Below, piece by piece: positions 22,470 through 34,452 of a stretch of 60,000 nucleotides of DNA. Under the pieces are notes generated by a model. The model was given only the letters and a program-made list of their open reading frames with translations, searched no databases and was not told where the DNA came from. Positions within the stretch are counted from its first letter, which is position 1; every line of letters starts with the position of its first letter. This DNA is from Lytechinus pictus (lineage: Eukaryota), in NCBI RefSeq assembly GCF_037042905.1, contig NC_087245.1:2420001-2480000 (forward strand), written 5' to 3'. Position numbers and translations under genes: made by a program.

Positions 22470-25400
22470 ATGCCTGTTAATTTGTGTTCTGTTTTCCCAT
22501 TCTACTCTATCAATAATGATGATTTTCTTAACTGTGTAAATCAAACTAACAATCAACTTATAACATATGATGATTTAAATAATATGAGTGAAGATATAAG
22601 ACTAAATGATTCTGCTCCTATTCTCGATTTTGAATTTGATCAACAATATGTAAATGATTGCAAATACTATTCCGACGATGACTTCAAAGAATCTATTGAC
22701 CCTAATTTGGTACAGTTCAGTGCTATCCACTTTAATTCGAGGAGCATGGTAAAAAATTTCGATCAAATTTCTGCGTACCTGAACAGCCTTTCTTTCAATT
22801 TTACTGTTATAGGTATAACTGAGACTTGGTTAAACTCAGAAAACGAAAATCGGTTCATATTGGATGGTTATAACTTTATCAATAATAATAGAAAAGACGG
22901 TAGAGGAGGAGGCGTTGGAGTATATTTAGATGAACGACTACTTTATCAATTACGCAATGATCTAAATCCGACATGTTCTTCGTGTGAATCTATTTTCATT
23001 GAAATCAATATACCTAATGTTAAAAGTATTATAGTTGGAATAATCTATAGGCCCCCGAAATCTAATCTTCATCAATACGCTGAATATTTTTCCAATTTAT
23101 TGCAAAAACTTTCAAAAGAAAACAAACAAATATATCTACTTGGAGATTATAATATCAATTTATTGAATATGACTTCAAATAGTACTATCAACTTAATGAA
23201 TACAATTGCACAATATGGCTTTTATATCAAAATTAACTTGCCAACTCGTGTAACTAATACATCTCAATCTATTATAGACAATATATTAACAAATGAAAGT
23301 GATATTATCTCGGGTGTGCTTTATTCTCCAATAACTGATCTCATGCCAATTTTTTGTTACAAGAAAGGAATTCTTAAGAATGATTCAGCCCAATATTACA
23401 CTTCAAGGAAAATCAATGAATCAACGATCAATAGTTTTTTTGTTGAACTGTATAATGTTGACTGGAGTGAAGTACTAGCATGTATCGATGCTGACAAATC
23501 CTATAATTTATTCATGAAAATGTTCATCAAACTTTATGATAAACATTTTCCTCGTCAACAACAAAAAAGGAGAAGAAGAAATAGAAAACCGTGGGTTACC
23601 AACAAAATTTTAAGATTAATTAAAAACAAGAATAAATGTTTCAAAATATTTTGCCAAACTAGACTTGCCAGTAACGAGAGAAAATTTAAAAAAATTAGAA
23701 ATAAACTTATTAATATCATTCGTATATCTCGTCAAGAATATTACAAAAAAATATTATATATGAATCAGAGTAGTATAAAAAAAGACATGGAAAACTATTA
23801 ATGAGTTATTAGGTAAGAAGAAAAATCTAATCCCCAAAGTGTTTAAATGTAATCAAAAAATATATTCTCAACCATCTGAAATATCTGATGCATTCAATGA
23901 GTATTTTGTAAATATTGGAAAAAATATTAGTGATATGGTCCCACAATCTATTCATTCTTCTCACTTTTATTGTCGAAAAAATGTGGTTGGTTCCTTCTTT
24001 TTATCACCTGTACATATAAATGAATTGATTAATATTTGTAAATGCCTTAAAAGTAGTGCAAGTTGTGGAATTGATAACGTAAATTGTAAAGTTGTTAAGC
24101 GTGTCATTTATGCCATTGCTTTGCCTTTAGCTCACGTATTTAATCTGTCTTTTGCAACTGGGAAAGTACCTTCAAAACTCAAAGAATCTAAAGTAATTCC
24201 TGTTTTTAAGAAAGATGACCCCGATAAATTTGTAAATTATAGACCAATATCCCTCTTACCATGTTTCTCCAAATTGCTTGAACGACTAGTATATAATCGA
24301 TTACATAAGTTTTTAAACAGTAATGATATCTTAAGTGATTCTCAATACGGATTTCGACCCACTTATTCCTGCATGTGAGCATGTTCTTTTAAAAGTTAAA
24401 CAAAAAATAATGGATTCATTTATTGCTGACGAACATATAATTGGGGTCTTCTTAGATCTATCTAAAGCTTTCGATTCTATGGACCATTCATTACTTTTAT
24501 TTAAGCTTAATCAATATGGAGTTCGAGGGATCGCGTTAGACTGGTTTAGGGATTATCTTTTAAATAGGGTTCAACATACATTTGTCCACGGTGTCTTATC
24601 TTCTTCATTAAATGTTTCCGTTGGGGTACCGCAAGGATCAATTTTAGGCCCCTTGTTATTTCTTTTATATATAAACGACCTTTGTAAATCATCTAATTTG
24701 TTAACCTTTTATCAATTTGCTGATGACACAAGTATGTTTTATTCTTCTAAAGATTTAAATAATACCATCCACATCCTGAACAATGAACTCCAAAATGTTT
24801 CCGACTGGTTGAAAGCAAATAAGTTGTCCCTGAATATCAATAAAACTAGATGCATCTATTTTAATAAAAATAAATCTTTAACACGAACCCATACTGACAA
24901 ATCTAATTATTACAATCCAATTGACAACGCTCATATTCACATTTATATCGACAATAAACGTATCGAATTAAGTAATTCCATTAACTTTTTAGGTGTCACA
25001 TTGGATAATCTTTTGAGTTTTAAGTACCATATGATAAATGTATTACATAAGATAAGTAGGAATACTGGTTTAATTTACAAACTTAAGCATAGTTTACTTC
25101 ATAAAAATCTGATAACTCTATACCATTCCATAATTTTCCCTTATTTAAAATATTGCAATATTGTCTGGGCTACCAATGTAACCTCATATGAATTGGACTC
25201 AATATTCAAAATTCAAAAGAAATGTTTAAGAATAATTACCAATTCCCATTACCTAGTACCATCCGCACCTTTATTTAAGAAATTGTCTTTACTTAATATA
25301 TATGATATTGATAAGCAAGAACTCGCAATATTTATGTATAAGTACAAGAAGAGGTTGTTACCCACTCCTTTTTCAGATCTTTTTCAATACAATAATCAAG

Positions 25401-25588
25401 TTCATAATCATAATACCCGTTCTTCCAATAAATTTCATATATGGTCTATCAAGTCTAGTCACGAAGCTAAATCATTGAGTTATGTAGGTCCCAAACAATG
25501 GAACGAGATTCCCCAAATAATAACTAATTCACAATTTATATCATCCTTTAGAAAACAGTACAAAAATTTTCTAGTAAATGATTATTAA
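22470..25588 (+). pseudogene. LINE ORF2 (APE endonuclease + reverse transcriptase) with two frameshifts
   Basis: EN motifs HFNSRS, ITETW, GRGGGV, IYRPP, LGDYN, PTRVT, IIDNI. RT motifs NYRPISLL, QYGFR, FLDLSKAFD, GVPQGSILGPLLFLLYINDL, FADD. Extra A in the run at 23777-23783 and a 4-bp insertion near 24370. Confidence 0.92.
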
Positions 25589-26637
25589 TTTTCGCAGTTG
25601 ATATCAATGCATTACTTGTACCATATCTACCCCCCCCTCCTTAGATTCGTGTCTTTTTGTATTCTTTGTTTTTTTTTTCCTCCTTTTTCCTACATTGTAT
25701 TTACTATAATGATATGACATTCTGTTTTTTTTTTAATTCAATATTGTTGTCGTTTTACTATGTTTTGGCGATCCAGCCTTACAGGTTTCTTATAACCTTC
25801 ATGGAAAGCCACGCAATTTATTTTATTATCTAATCACATTATTTGATGTTTCTTGTATTTTTATCTTATTTTGCGAAATAAAGATTGAATTGAATTGAAT
25901 TTTATATACCAACACTTGCGAACGCTTTTCGTTTTCCTGTTGATATGTGAGATTCGCTGTGAGTGCCGGGGTAGGAATCTGGAGACTTTTGATATCTCGT
26001 TAGTTTTTTTCATTTTCTCTTTCTCTTTTTTTTAAAACTATACATTTTAATGGATTTCTGCTCAAATTTTCACCATGCTTTGTGTTTACTATACAGACAA
26101 ATATTTTAATAGGAAGCTCCGTTTTTTGTAGCATCCTCCCCATCGTCCATTCCCAATTTGTTTGTATATCTTGATTATATAACTTTTCTTGTTTTATTGA
26201 TTGTGTCAAAATGTATGGAATTTTTTTTTTAATTTTGGAAATGGAATTGAATGAAATGAAATATACAAACAACTGCTGTGAAAGCTGTGGAAAATTCATA
26301 TGGATACTTATATACGTAGACATGCTGCAATGATTTTGAATGAAATTAACATTTATCGCAAAGTTCGTGCAAGGTTGCCCTCGTTGAAGTGAAATTCAGT
26401 TTAGGACAGTGTATGAAAATATCAGTATTGAGTTCTCTTTATCTGAAATACCGAATAACCCAGTACTAACTTATTAGCTCATTGATATCGTGGATATATA
26501 TGTAAATGAACCGTAGGCCTACATTAATCATATTATATTATATACATATATACATTATAAAACAAAATACAAGGTGAATAAAACAACCATAGAGAGAAAA
26601 GTTAGATTAAATTTTCGCCCATAGGGCTTCATCAGGA

Positions 26638-26641
<4 letters not shown>

Positions 26642-26726
<85 letters not shown>
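26642..26726. repeat. (TA)n microsatellite
   Basis: Long interrupted TA run. Confidence 0.95.
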
Positions 26727-26727
<1 letters not shown>

Positions 26728-27426
26728 GGGTCTATTACAAATCAATTAAAAAAAATCATCCAAGGCTTCGTCTGACGTCGATGTTAGTAGTCGATGCCTA
26801 AAAACAGCGCCAGCTCTGGCCAGCCGAGTATTATTATGCTGCTCTATTAATGTGGACCAATAGGCAATAGTCGAAGAGGTGAGTAGTTTTAATTTAACTT
26901 TTTTCACGATTGTTACGATGATAACCTTAATTTTAGGAGCTATAAATGTGTTTAAAAACGTCATGTTATTCGACGTTAATTACAGTTTTCCCAAGTCTAG
27001 ATCTAGCACTGCAATGATGGAAGGACCATAAATAACTTTGATCGCTTTACCCTTTTCTTCTCTCCGCGTGCACATCCACATTTTTCGGCACGCAATTCTT
27101 ATGCACACATTTCGAATGAGGATTTACCACGATTTCGTGATACAGTAGCTGGAATTGCACAGGGGATATGTAGCATCATCGGTATATGAGGGGGGGGGGG
27201 GGACCTAAAGCTACGCACTTTGTTTATGGCAAGTTCCCCCACAGACACAGTCCCCCTTGTCTGCGCACACGCGTATCTGCGCGATTCTGGTAAAAGAAGA
27301 TACGCGACGAACACGGACTTTACACATGCAATAGTACATAGATATTCATAAAAAATTCAAAATGGTGGAAAAATAATGAATATATATTTTTTTTGCATTT
27401 TATGTGACGGCTTCAAAATGCAGCCT

Positions 27427-27636
27427 TTCTTCTTCTTCTTCTTCAAGTTCAAGCTACACTGCCTCCTTCAATCCTGAAGATTCTTGCAGTATTGTAGTAC
27501 CGGGGACCGGCAGGTGCAATACACCGGGTGAACACCCTACTCTTTGACGAATAGTGTATTGGTTTTAACGTGCATAGGTTGTGACTCTCCTATACACGGG
27601 ACCAACATTTGCGTCCTTTCCGATGGACGGAGTGTT
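27427..27636 (-). mobile_element. SINE fragment (Meta-domain-like body) with a LINE-derived tail ending in (GAA)n
   Basis: Minus strand ggaaaggacg..ggtcccgtg..gcacgttaaaa.c..acactattcg..aagagtaggg resembles the MetaSINE central domain as I recall it. The tail matches the LINE 3' end at 39569-39593. Confidence 0.65.
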
Positions 27637-27738
27637 TTCCAACTGCATTCACACCCGCACTGAACACAGCGGTGAGGCACTCATTCTCATCAGAATCCCC
27701 GAATCGTGTGCAAAGCGAATGGGTGCGCAGACATGGGG

Positions 27739-29685
27739 CAGGGTGCTACATAACTTTTTTGAAGCACTTGCCCAGTCGGGCAAGTAAATTTTCAAATAGT
27801 TGGAAAATACTTGCCCGAATATAGATTTCACTTGCCCGAAAAAATCCTTCAAAACAAAGTTTTATTGCTTCAAAACAAGTTATAGCCTTAGTTATAGTTT
27901 TACATACCATACCATTGACAGCTTTAAAAATACATTTTTCAACACGACTACTGATGTACCTTGTAGTTGTATTTCTTTTTTTTTAATGATTGTTATCTTG
28001 AACATCATGACAAAATATATGGTAAATATGCTCTTTAATTAATTTCCTAATCTCATATATTTTCCATATATTTTGGAGGGGACTAGGACACACAATAAAA
28101 AAAGTTGAAATTACTGAAAATAACCAGAGAAAAAAAAAATAAGAGAGGGGGAGAGAATGAAAGAAAAAAAAGTAAGAAGAAAGACAGAAAGGACGAAGAA
28201 ATAAAGGAAGGAAGAAAGAAGAAAAAAGAAATAAAGAAAGAGAGAGAGAGAATGGCTGCGGGGAAGAGAAAGATGGAAAGAAAGGAAGAAAGAAAGGAAA
28301 GGAGGATGGAAAGAAAAAAGAAAAACAAAAAGAAAAAAAATGAGAGGAAGAGAAAGGAAGGAAAGAAAGGAATGAATAAAAGGAAAAAAAGAAAGAAAAA
28401 AGGTGAACAGAAAGGAAGGAAAAGGGAAAGAAAGAAAACAAGAGAAAGGAAAGAAGGAAGAAAGGAAGAAAGAAAAGGTATAAGGAAAGATGGAAGGAAG
28501 GAAAAAAAACAAAAGATAGATTAACAAAAGACAGAAAGAAATGAAGGAAAGAGATGAAGGAAGGCAGAAAGAAAAAATAAGGAAGAAAAGAAAGGATGGA
28601 TGGAAAAAGAAAGATCAAAAGAACGAAAGACAGAAATAAAGAAAAACAGAAAGAAAGAAAGAAGGAAAGAAAGGAAGGAGAAAGAAAGAATGAAAGACAA
28701 AAAGAAAGGAAGAAAAGAAAGAATGAAAGGGATGAAGAAAGTAAGGAAGAAAAAAAGACAGGAAGAAAAGATAAAGAATGGAAGGACGGAAGGAAGACAG
28801 TAAGAAAGAATGAAAGGAAGGGGAAAATGAAGGAAGGATTAAAGAAATAGGCAAACAAAGGTTGGATGGAAGGGAGAAAGAAAAAAAGAAAGACAGCTAT
28901 AGTAACCAAAAAAATGAACAAAAGAAGGAAGGAAATTTAAAGAAATAAAGAGAAATTCAAAAGAAGGAAAGATAGGCAGAAAGAAAGAAAATAGAGAGGA
29001 AGAAAGCTCAAACTATCCAGTCATTAATAAAGAAGAAAATTTATCCAAAAAAAAGTTACGAAAGAAACCACGTTTATCAACATACACACAAATGCATATG
29101 TGGGACTGTCAAACAATGTATTTCAGTGTGTGCGATACAGACGATCATTCGAAACATGATCTTTTTTAAGCATAACAGAAGTGAAAATTTCTCCTTTTAC
29201 TGCTTACAAATGACAGAGCTACCCCCAATTTTTAGGAAATATGGACACTACAAGAATTTTCATTGGTAAGAAATGTGAATTTTGACAGTTCTGTGGGAGA
29301 TTTCTTCCAGAGCAAACTTTGTTCGTGCAGCACCGTACTCCGTAGAAACTTAACTACATGCATCGGCTGCGTGGACTAGGCGCTAGCTAGCTAGGTATGC
29401 TAGACTGCCATTGATTGTGTGTGTACGTCTCTGAGTGTGTTTATTGCAGAAAATGGCGCAAATTTTGCAATTCGAAAGAAGAAATTAATGATATTGCTTT
29501 TTTTTGTCTCTTTTTCTTTTCTATATTTTGATGGTGAAATATGGGGAATCTTTCTAAGATATGATTTCCACAGAAAAATTTTGCCCGATTCGGGCAAGCA
29601 GTTTTTGTCTTTGCTTCAAAACACTTGCCCGACTCTAACTTTTACTTGCCCCGGGCAATCAGGCAAGCGCTTATGTCGCACCCTG
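27739..29685. mobile_element. Non-autonomous hAT-like element with a GA-rich interior
   Basis: 15-bp TIRs CAGGGTGCTACATAA / TTATGTCGCACCCTG (14/15); repeated subterminal CTTGCCC(G) / GGGCAAG motifs at both ends. TSD not preserved. Confidence 0.8.
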
Positions 29686-30874
29686 CATGATGCACCCTTT
29701 TTTTTTTTTATTAATCTGAAAATTACTGCCTAAGGTTTTTTCTAAAAAAATCTTATAGGCCCTATATAATTTTCAAATTTTTATGAGATATCTGGTACAC
29801 TCAACGTTCTCGCTACCACGCGTCACGGTTGGCGGGCGCCGACAACCCTGAAAATTTTCAGGGCAAATCCGCCAACCGTGAACTTCCCCGACAACCGTGG
29901 CCGACAACTGTAAAACAGGCCTAGATCCACACAAAAAACTGAATAATATATTTAAAATAAAAACAATCTGCTTTTCAGATCCTAAAATAAACTTGTCGAT
30001 TATTTCTTCCACGATTTCTTCCCGGGATTTCTTTGCTTCGCTACTATGCTGTATACGATACGACCTCGACTCGAGGCCCAATTTAACTCTCTCTCTCTTA
30101 TGTGGGAAGTGCGAAGATGTTTACCTCGCATTTGCGTATCGCATTGCTCTCATTATTTACGTCTTTAAAATGGTAGTAAAATACGCTAAAAAATAAAGTG
30201 AGAAGAGAGGGGTACCGTGGGTTACTGGGTTGGGCAATGTAATTTAGATGTTACGAATTTCAGTTGATATTGTCATTTATTTTGTCAAAAGTAAAGTGTG
30301 TCAAAAAATAATATAAAAATTCGATCGAAATTTAGTTTCATCTCGTCCCAGGCCCCAGCCTTATTATAGCTACATCTACATGAATTCATTGAATGCATTT
30401 CTGATGACACTGCCGTAGAACGAATTGAGAAAATTATTAAAAGATCACGTTAATAATGACAAAGCCACAGCCACATGAATGGATTGATATAATGTCCAAC
30501 TCATTTACTCACAGCAAAATGATTATTCACATTTATATTCCAATTTTACTCCATAATTTCCAAAGTCTTGATCTCTACATCGATCTTTTGAAAGTGTTGA
30601 TTTATTTCGCGACGGTGTGTCTACCAAGTTCTGTGTCACTGCACTGCACTAGTGCTCGCCATGGCCACATACATAATACAAATCGCACATGGCATCAAAA
30701 TCTATCCGAGTCTTCCAAAATTAGATGGGATCCAAAACCGATTTGAATGTTTTTTTTTTTCTTCAGATATTCATTGAATCTGTTATAATTTTCATAAGTA
30801 ATAATCTTTATTAATTTTATTCACGCTTTTTATCATATTACGACTCATTTTTTAATGTGAGTTATACGTACAGT

Positions 30875-31023
30875 CACTAGCGTACCTACGGGGGGGGGGG
30901 GGGGGCAGAGGGGGCACTCTGCCCCCCCTGACGAGCCACAACCCATACAAAAGACATATACCTGCCCCCCCCCCCCCTGACGAACTTGAAGACCTTTAAT
31001 GCCCCCCCTGAAGAGCCTGAAGA

Positions 31024-31077
<54 letters not shown>

Positions 31078-31214
31078 TTTCAAATAATTTTCTGGTACGA
31101 AAACCTAAATTTTTTTATTGAAGACCTTTTTTTTTTTTTTTTTTTTTTTTGGCTTGTCAAATTTTTTGGCGGCCGATTTTGCCCCCCCTGTGGAAAATCC
31201 TAGGTACGCCACTG
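30875..31214. mobile_element. hAT-like MITE nested in the 4.5-kb element
   Basis: TIRs CACTAGCGTACCTA / TAGGTACGCCACTG; perfect 8-bp TSD CGTACAGT (30867-30874, 31215-31222). Confidence 0.88.
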
Positions 31215-31268
31215 CGTACAGTGTATTTTCATTTGTATTGTTCTTTATTACTCTTTGCCTGCCAATTA

Positions 31269-31659
31269 TACCCCTTTCATAAACCCAATAAAACACAATT
31301 ATGCGGCTAATAGCAGCATAATTTGGTCGTAAAATCAGAGGAGGACAAGAGTTATCCGCATTATTCTGATGCTGCTATTATCCGCATAATAGCGGCATCG
31401 GGACAAGATTTTGAGTTTATGAATGTATTTCCAAATAATGCGGATAATTGCCATGGTGCGGTCACAAGGTCACCCTTTTCCAACACAACCGCATTGGAGG
31501 GGGCGTGTCCAGTTGTCATGACGATTATCCGCCTTTTTCAGGACGGGCGCTCGTAAAAATAATTTATGGAGTTTGTGAACGCAATTTTTATTGAATTATC
31601 CGCATTACTCTTAGGCGGCTAATTGGAGGATATGTTTTATTGGGTTTATGAAAGGGGTA
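31269..31659. mobile_element. PIF/Harbinger-like MITE nested in the 4.5-kb element
   Basis: 27-bp TIR TACCCCTTTCATAAACCCAATAAAACA; TTA on both sides; internal ATTATCCGC/GCGGATAAT repeats. Confidence 0.88.
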
Positions 31660-32054
31660 TTAGTCATTACAGTGAATGCTTCATGAATTTGTTGTACAAT
31701 TGCTTAACAACTCCCGGTAACAACTACGATTTAAAATAAAATATTATTTGAAATTAATTTGTGTAAAGGAGAAAGAGAATAATGGGAGGTGGTCGTGGGC
31801 AATGTAAATGAAAATGATGGGATGTTTGTGACTTTGTGGGGGAGGGGATTGGCGAAAAGAAGTCAATGTTCGGAGCGAATTAAATTAATATTCTTTTATG
31901 GATGTGTCTACTGTGATTGTGGCTGCATAATCTTTATGGCGAGTGGAAAATCAACCCTTGGACTTGGTCGGGAGGGGTACGTGATTCAATAGATTTCAAT
32001 AAAAGTACACATTCAACAAAGTGGAATTGACAATTCATTCACAGATATTCATTT

Positions 32055-32347
32055 CAGGGCCGCGGAAACAGGGGGGGGGGGCTGGGTGGGCTTCAGCTCC
32101 CCCACTTTTTTTTCCAAAACCATGTACAAAAACAGGACCACCGGGGGCCCGTTTCATCATCATTTTTGTCCGACAAGTTGTCAGACCTGACAACTTTTCT
32201 TGATGTTGATTGGCTAAGAAGCATTGTTACTATGGTAACTGTCGGATAAAACGTCCGACAGGTCCTTACATGAAACGCTCCCCTGATTGCGTTTTTTGCA
32301 TGGTGGTCAGCCCCCCCCCCACTTTCAAGACCTTTCCGCGGCCCCTG
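32055..32347. mobile_element. hAT-like MITE carrying a nested Harbinger-like MITE (~32144-32284)
   Basis: Outer ends CAGGGCCGCGGAAA / TTTCCGCGGCCCCTG; inner ends GGGGCCCGTTTCAT / ATGAAACGCTCCCC. Confidence 0.7.
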
Positions 32348-33228
32348 CATTTCAAGTACGAATTATTGAAGTTGATATGTGTGAACGTTTTAGAGGATAT
32401 GTATTTCGTTTGCCCACGCCCACATGAGTCGCTAGTATAATTTGAATATCGCTGGATGAATTTTTCAATTTCACTTATGTCGTTATATATGTTTTATATC
32501 GGAATTGTGTTTTATATATAGAGTTATCTTTACAACGTCGTTAGCCTAATTACTGCGAGTGGATTATATTTATGAAATGAGTTGGAATGTGAACGAGACG
32601 CCCCAAAGCCGATGGCACGTGATCTAATTAGTATTCACTTTCTGGGTTGAGCCAATCATTGTGCTTGAAAACGGGTTTCCCCGAATTCCCGCCCTTGGAA
32701 TGACTGTGTACCATGTGCGTGACCTGTTAACCTGTTGTATGAATGCGAATCAGCTGGTTTCGTGACCTCAAATATTCTTCATGTTGTTTACGCTGGATGG
32801 GGGCTATAAAAAGATCTTTCTGACTCTTTTTTTTTTTCAATTTTAATAATCTGTTCGTGAATTTCTGTAACTTGAAAACTGATGCAATTTATTGAATCAC
32901 GTACCTCGATCTTCCCACTCATGGTGCAAGAAAATATTTAAAAAATTTAAAATCGCCAAAATATACATGTAAAGAAAGATTATTCAGCCGTCATCATCAG
33001 TAGTAGTATAGACATGTCTATAAATATGCATTCGCTTCGAATATTGACTTCTTCACCAATCCCACACACACGTACGATCTCAACATCCCCTTGTCATTGT
33101 CCACGCCACGACCCCTCCCCTTTCACGCTCCCCCTTCGACCATCCTAGCTACAACCCTCCCCCCCCCTCTTCCTCTCTTTCACACACGCTGTATTTGTAG
33201 GCCTACATAGTGCATTATTTAAAAATAC

Positions 33229-33622
33229 AAATCTGCTTTCCTGTCAATTAAGCTTTACTTTCAAAACATTTTAAATCGCAATTAATTATAATGAGAACAA
33301 AATCGTAATATTAAAGTATGATGAATGACTAAAAATATTTCTCCCGCTCGTGATGGACACATTCATTATTTTATAGGCGAGTATAGAACAATACAAATGA
33401 ACATATAGGAATAATTGACAGTGAGTATAAATCTACTTTCCTGTCAATTAAGCTTTACTTTTAAAACATTTTAAATCGCAATTAATTATAATAAGAACAA
33501 AATCGTAATATTAAAGTATGATGAATGACTAAAAATATTTCTCCCGCTCGTGATGGACACATTCATTATTTTATAGGCGAGTATAGAACAATACAAATGA
33601 ACATAGCAATAATTGACAGTGA
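33229..33622. repeat. Near-perfect 200-bp tandem duplication
   Basis: The unit aaatct.ctttcctgtcaattaagc...aataattgacagtga occurs twice. Confidence 0.9.
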
Positions 33623-34452
33623 TAAACGAATCTTGATTGGATATTATTAGTATAAACATCATCAGCAGAAGTCTTAATTATGAGAGTCATAGTTTCAGTG
33701 AGTATCTGAAAACAAAACAAACATGCAAATTATATCGTCTCATGAATACCGATGCCCATTATTTGGAAGCCTCGGAAGTTTTCTTTGGATTGAGTAAGGG
33801 CGTGGGGCGGCGCGCATGCGGTCCGTAGATGTAGTCGGTCATTGACACGCATTCACAAAATGAATCGCACTTTCTAAGGACGTAGCGATCTAGACATTGG
33901 AAAGTATGGAGTACATTATCGATGTCATTGATGTGAATAAATCTATAAACTGTAAGTATAAAATGAGATTGAATTTAAATCTTTTCTTTTGACCTTTTTC
34001 ATCAGTACTTGCCTTTCTGCTTCAATCGATCGCAATTCGCGCAACCGTTACGGCTGTGTGGCCGGAGAAGCATTAAATAGACAAAAAAATGTGGTGCATT
34101 TAGCAGCAATCTAAGCTCGTCGATATTGATATTTTCGATAGCTACCGCGCTCCGCGAGGGAGGGGGGACACCCCCCTCCCGCGACCCTCCCCCCGTGCGT
34201 GCTTCGCACGCACCAAGGCCGCTGCGCGGCTTGCGTATCATCGCTTCGCGCCGCCAAGCGTCAGAATGAACCTGGCGAGAACGTTGGGTACACTTACTTA
34301 TATAAGGAACATTATTATCTGAAAGATTTTGTGAAATGAAAAGAAATTCATGTTAAATCTGAACTCAAAGCCAAATTGTGGCATGCCCAAATTGTTAGAT
34401 GTACATACAACCGAGAAAAAGGGGTCGGGACAACTCGGACCGCGGGCCGAGA

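Larger units (their letters stand above)
21880..25901 (+). mobile_element. 5'-truncated CR1/L2-group (Crack-like) LINE
   Basis: ORF1 C-terminus, ORF2 with APE endonuclease and RT, 3' UTR, AATAAA at 25877 and an (ATTGA)n tail. Confidence 0.92.
29802..34286. mobile_element. 4.5-kb non-autonomous hAT-like element with a perfect 8-bp TSD
   Basis: TIRs CAACGTTCTCGC (29802-29813) / GCGAGAACGTTG (34275-34286); TSD GGTACACT at 29794-29801 and 34287-34294; no transposase ORF. Confidence 0.88.

Noticed and set aside
22449..25588. Three separate genes, or an active LINE ORF2
   Set aside because: The three ORFs are one ORF2 broken by two frameshifts, and the element is 5'-truncated in ORF1.
27983..28921. 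312-aa F/S/L-rich ORF and the K/E/R-rich ORFs opposite; likewise ORFs at 12288-12945, 13972-14551, 16202-16908 and 47646-48261
   Set aside because: They are translations of GA/CT low-complexity tracts that lack stop codons by composition, mostly inside non-autonomous transposons. No domain signal.
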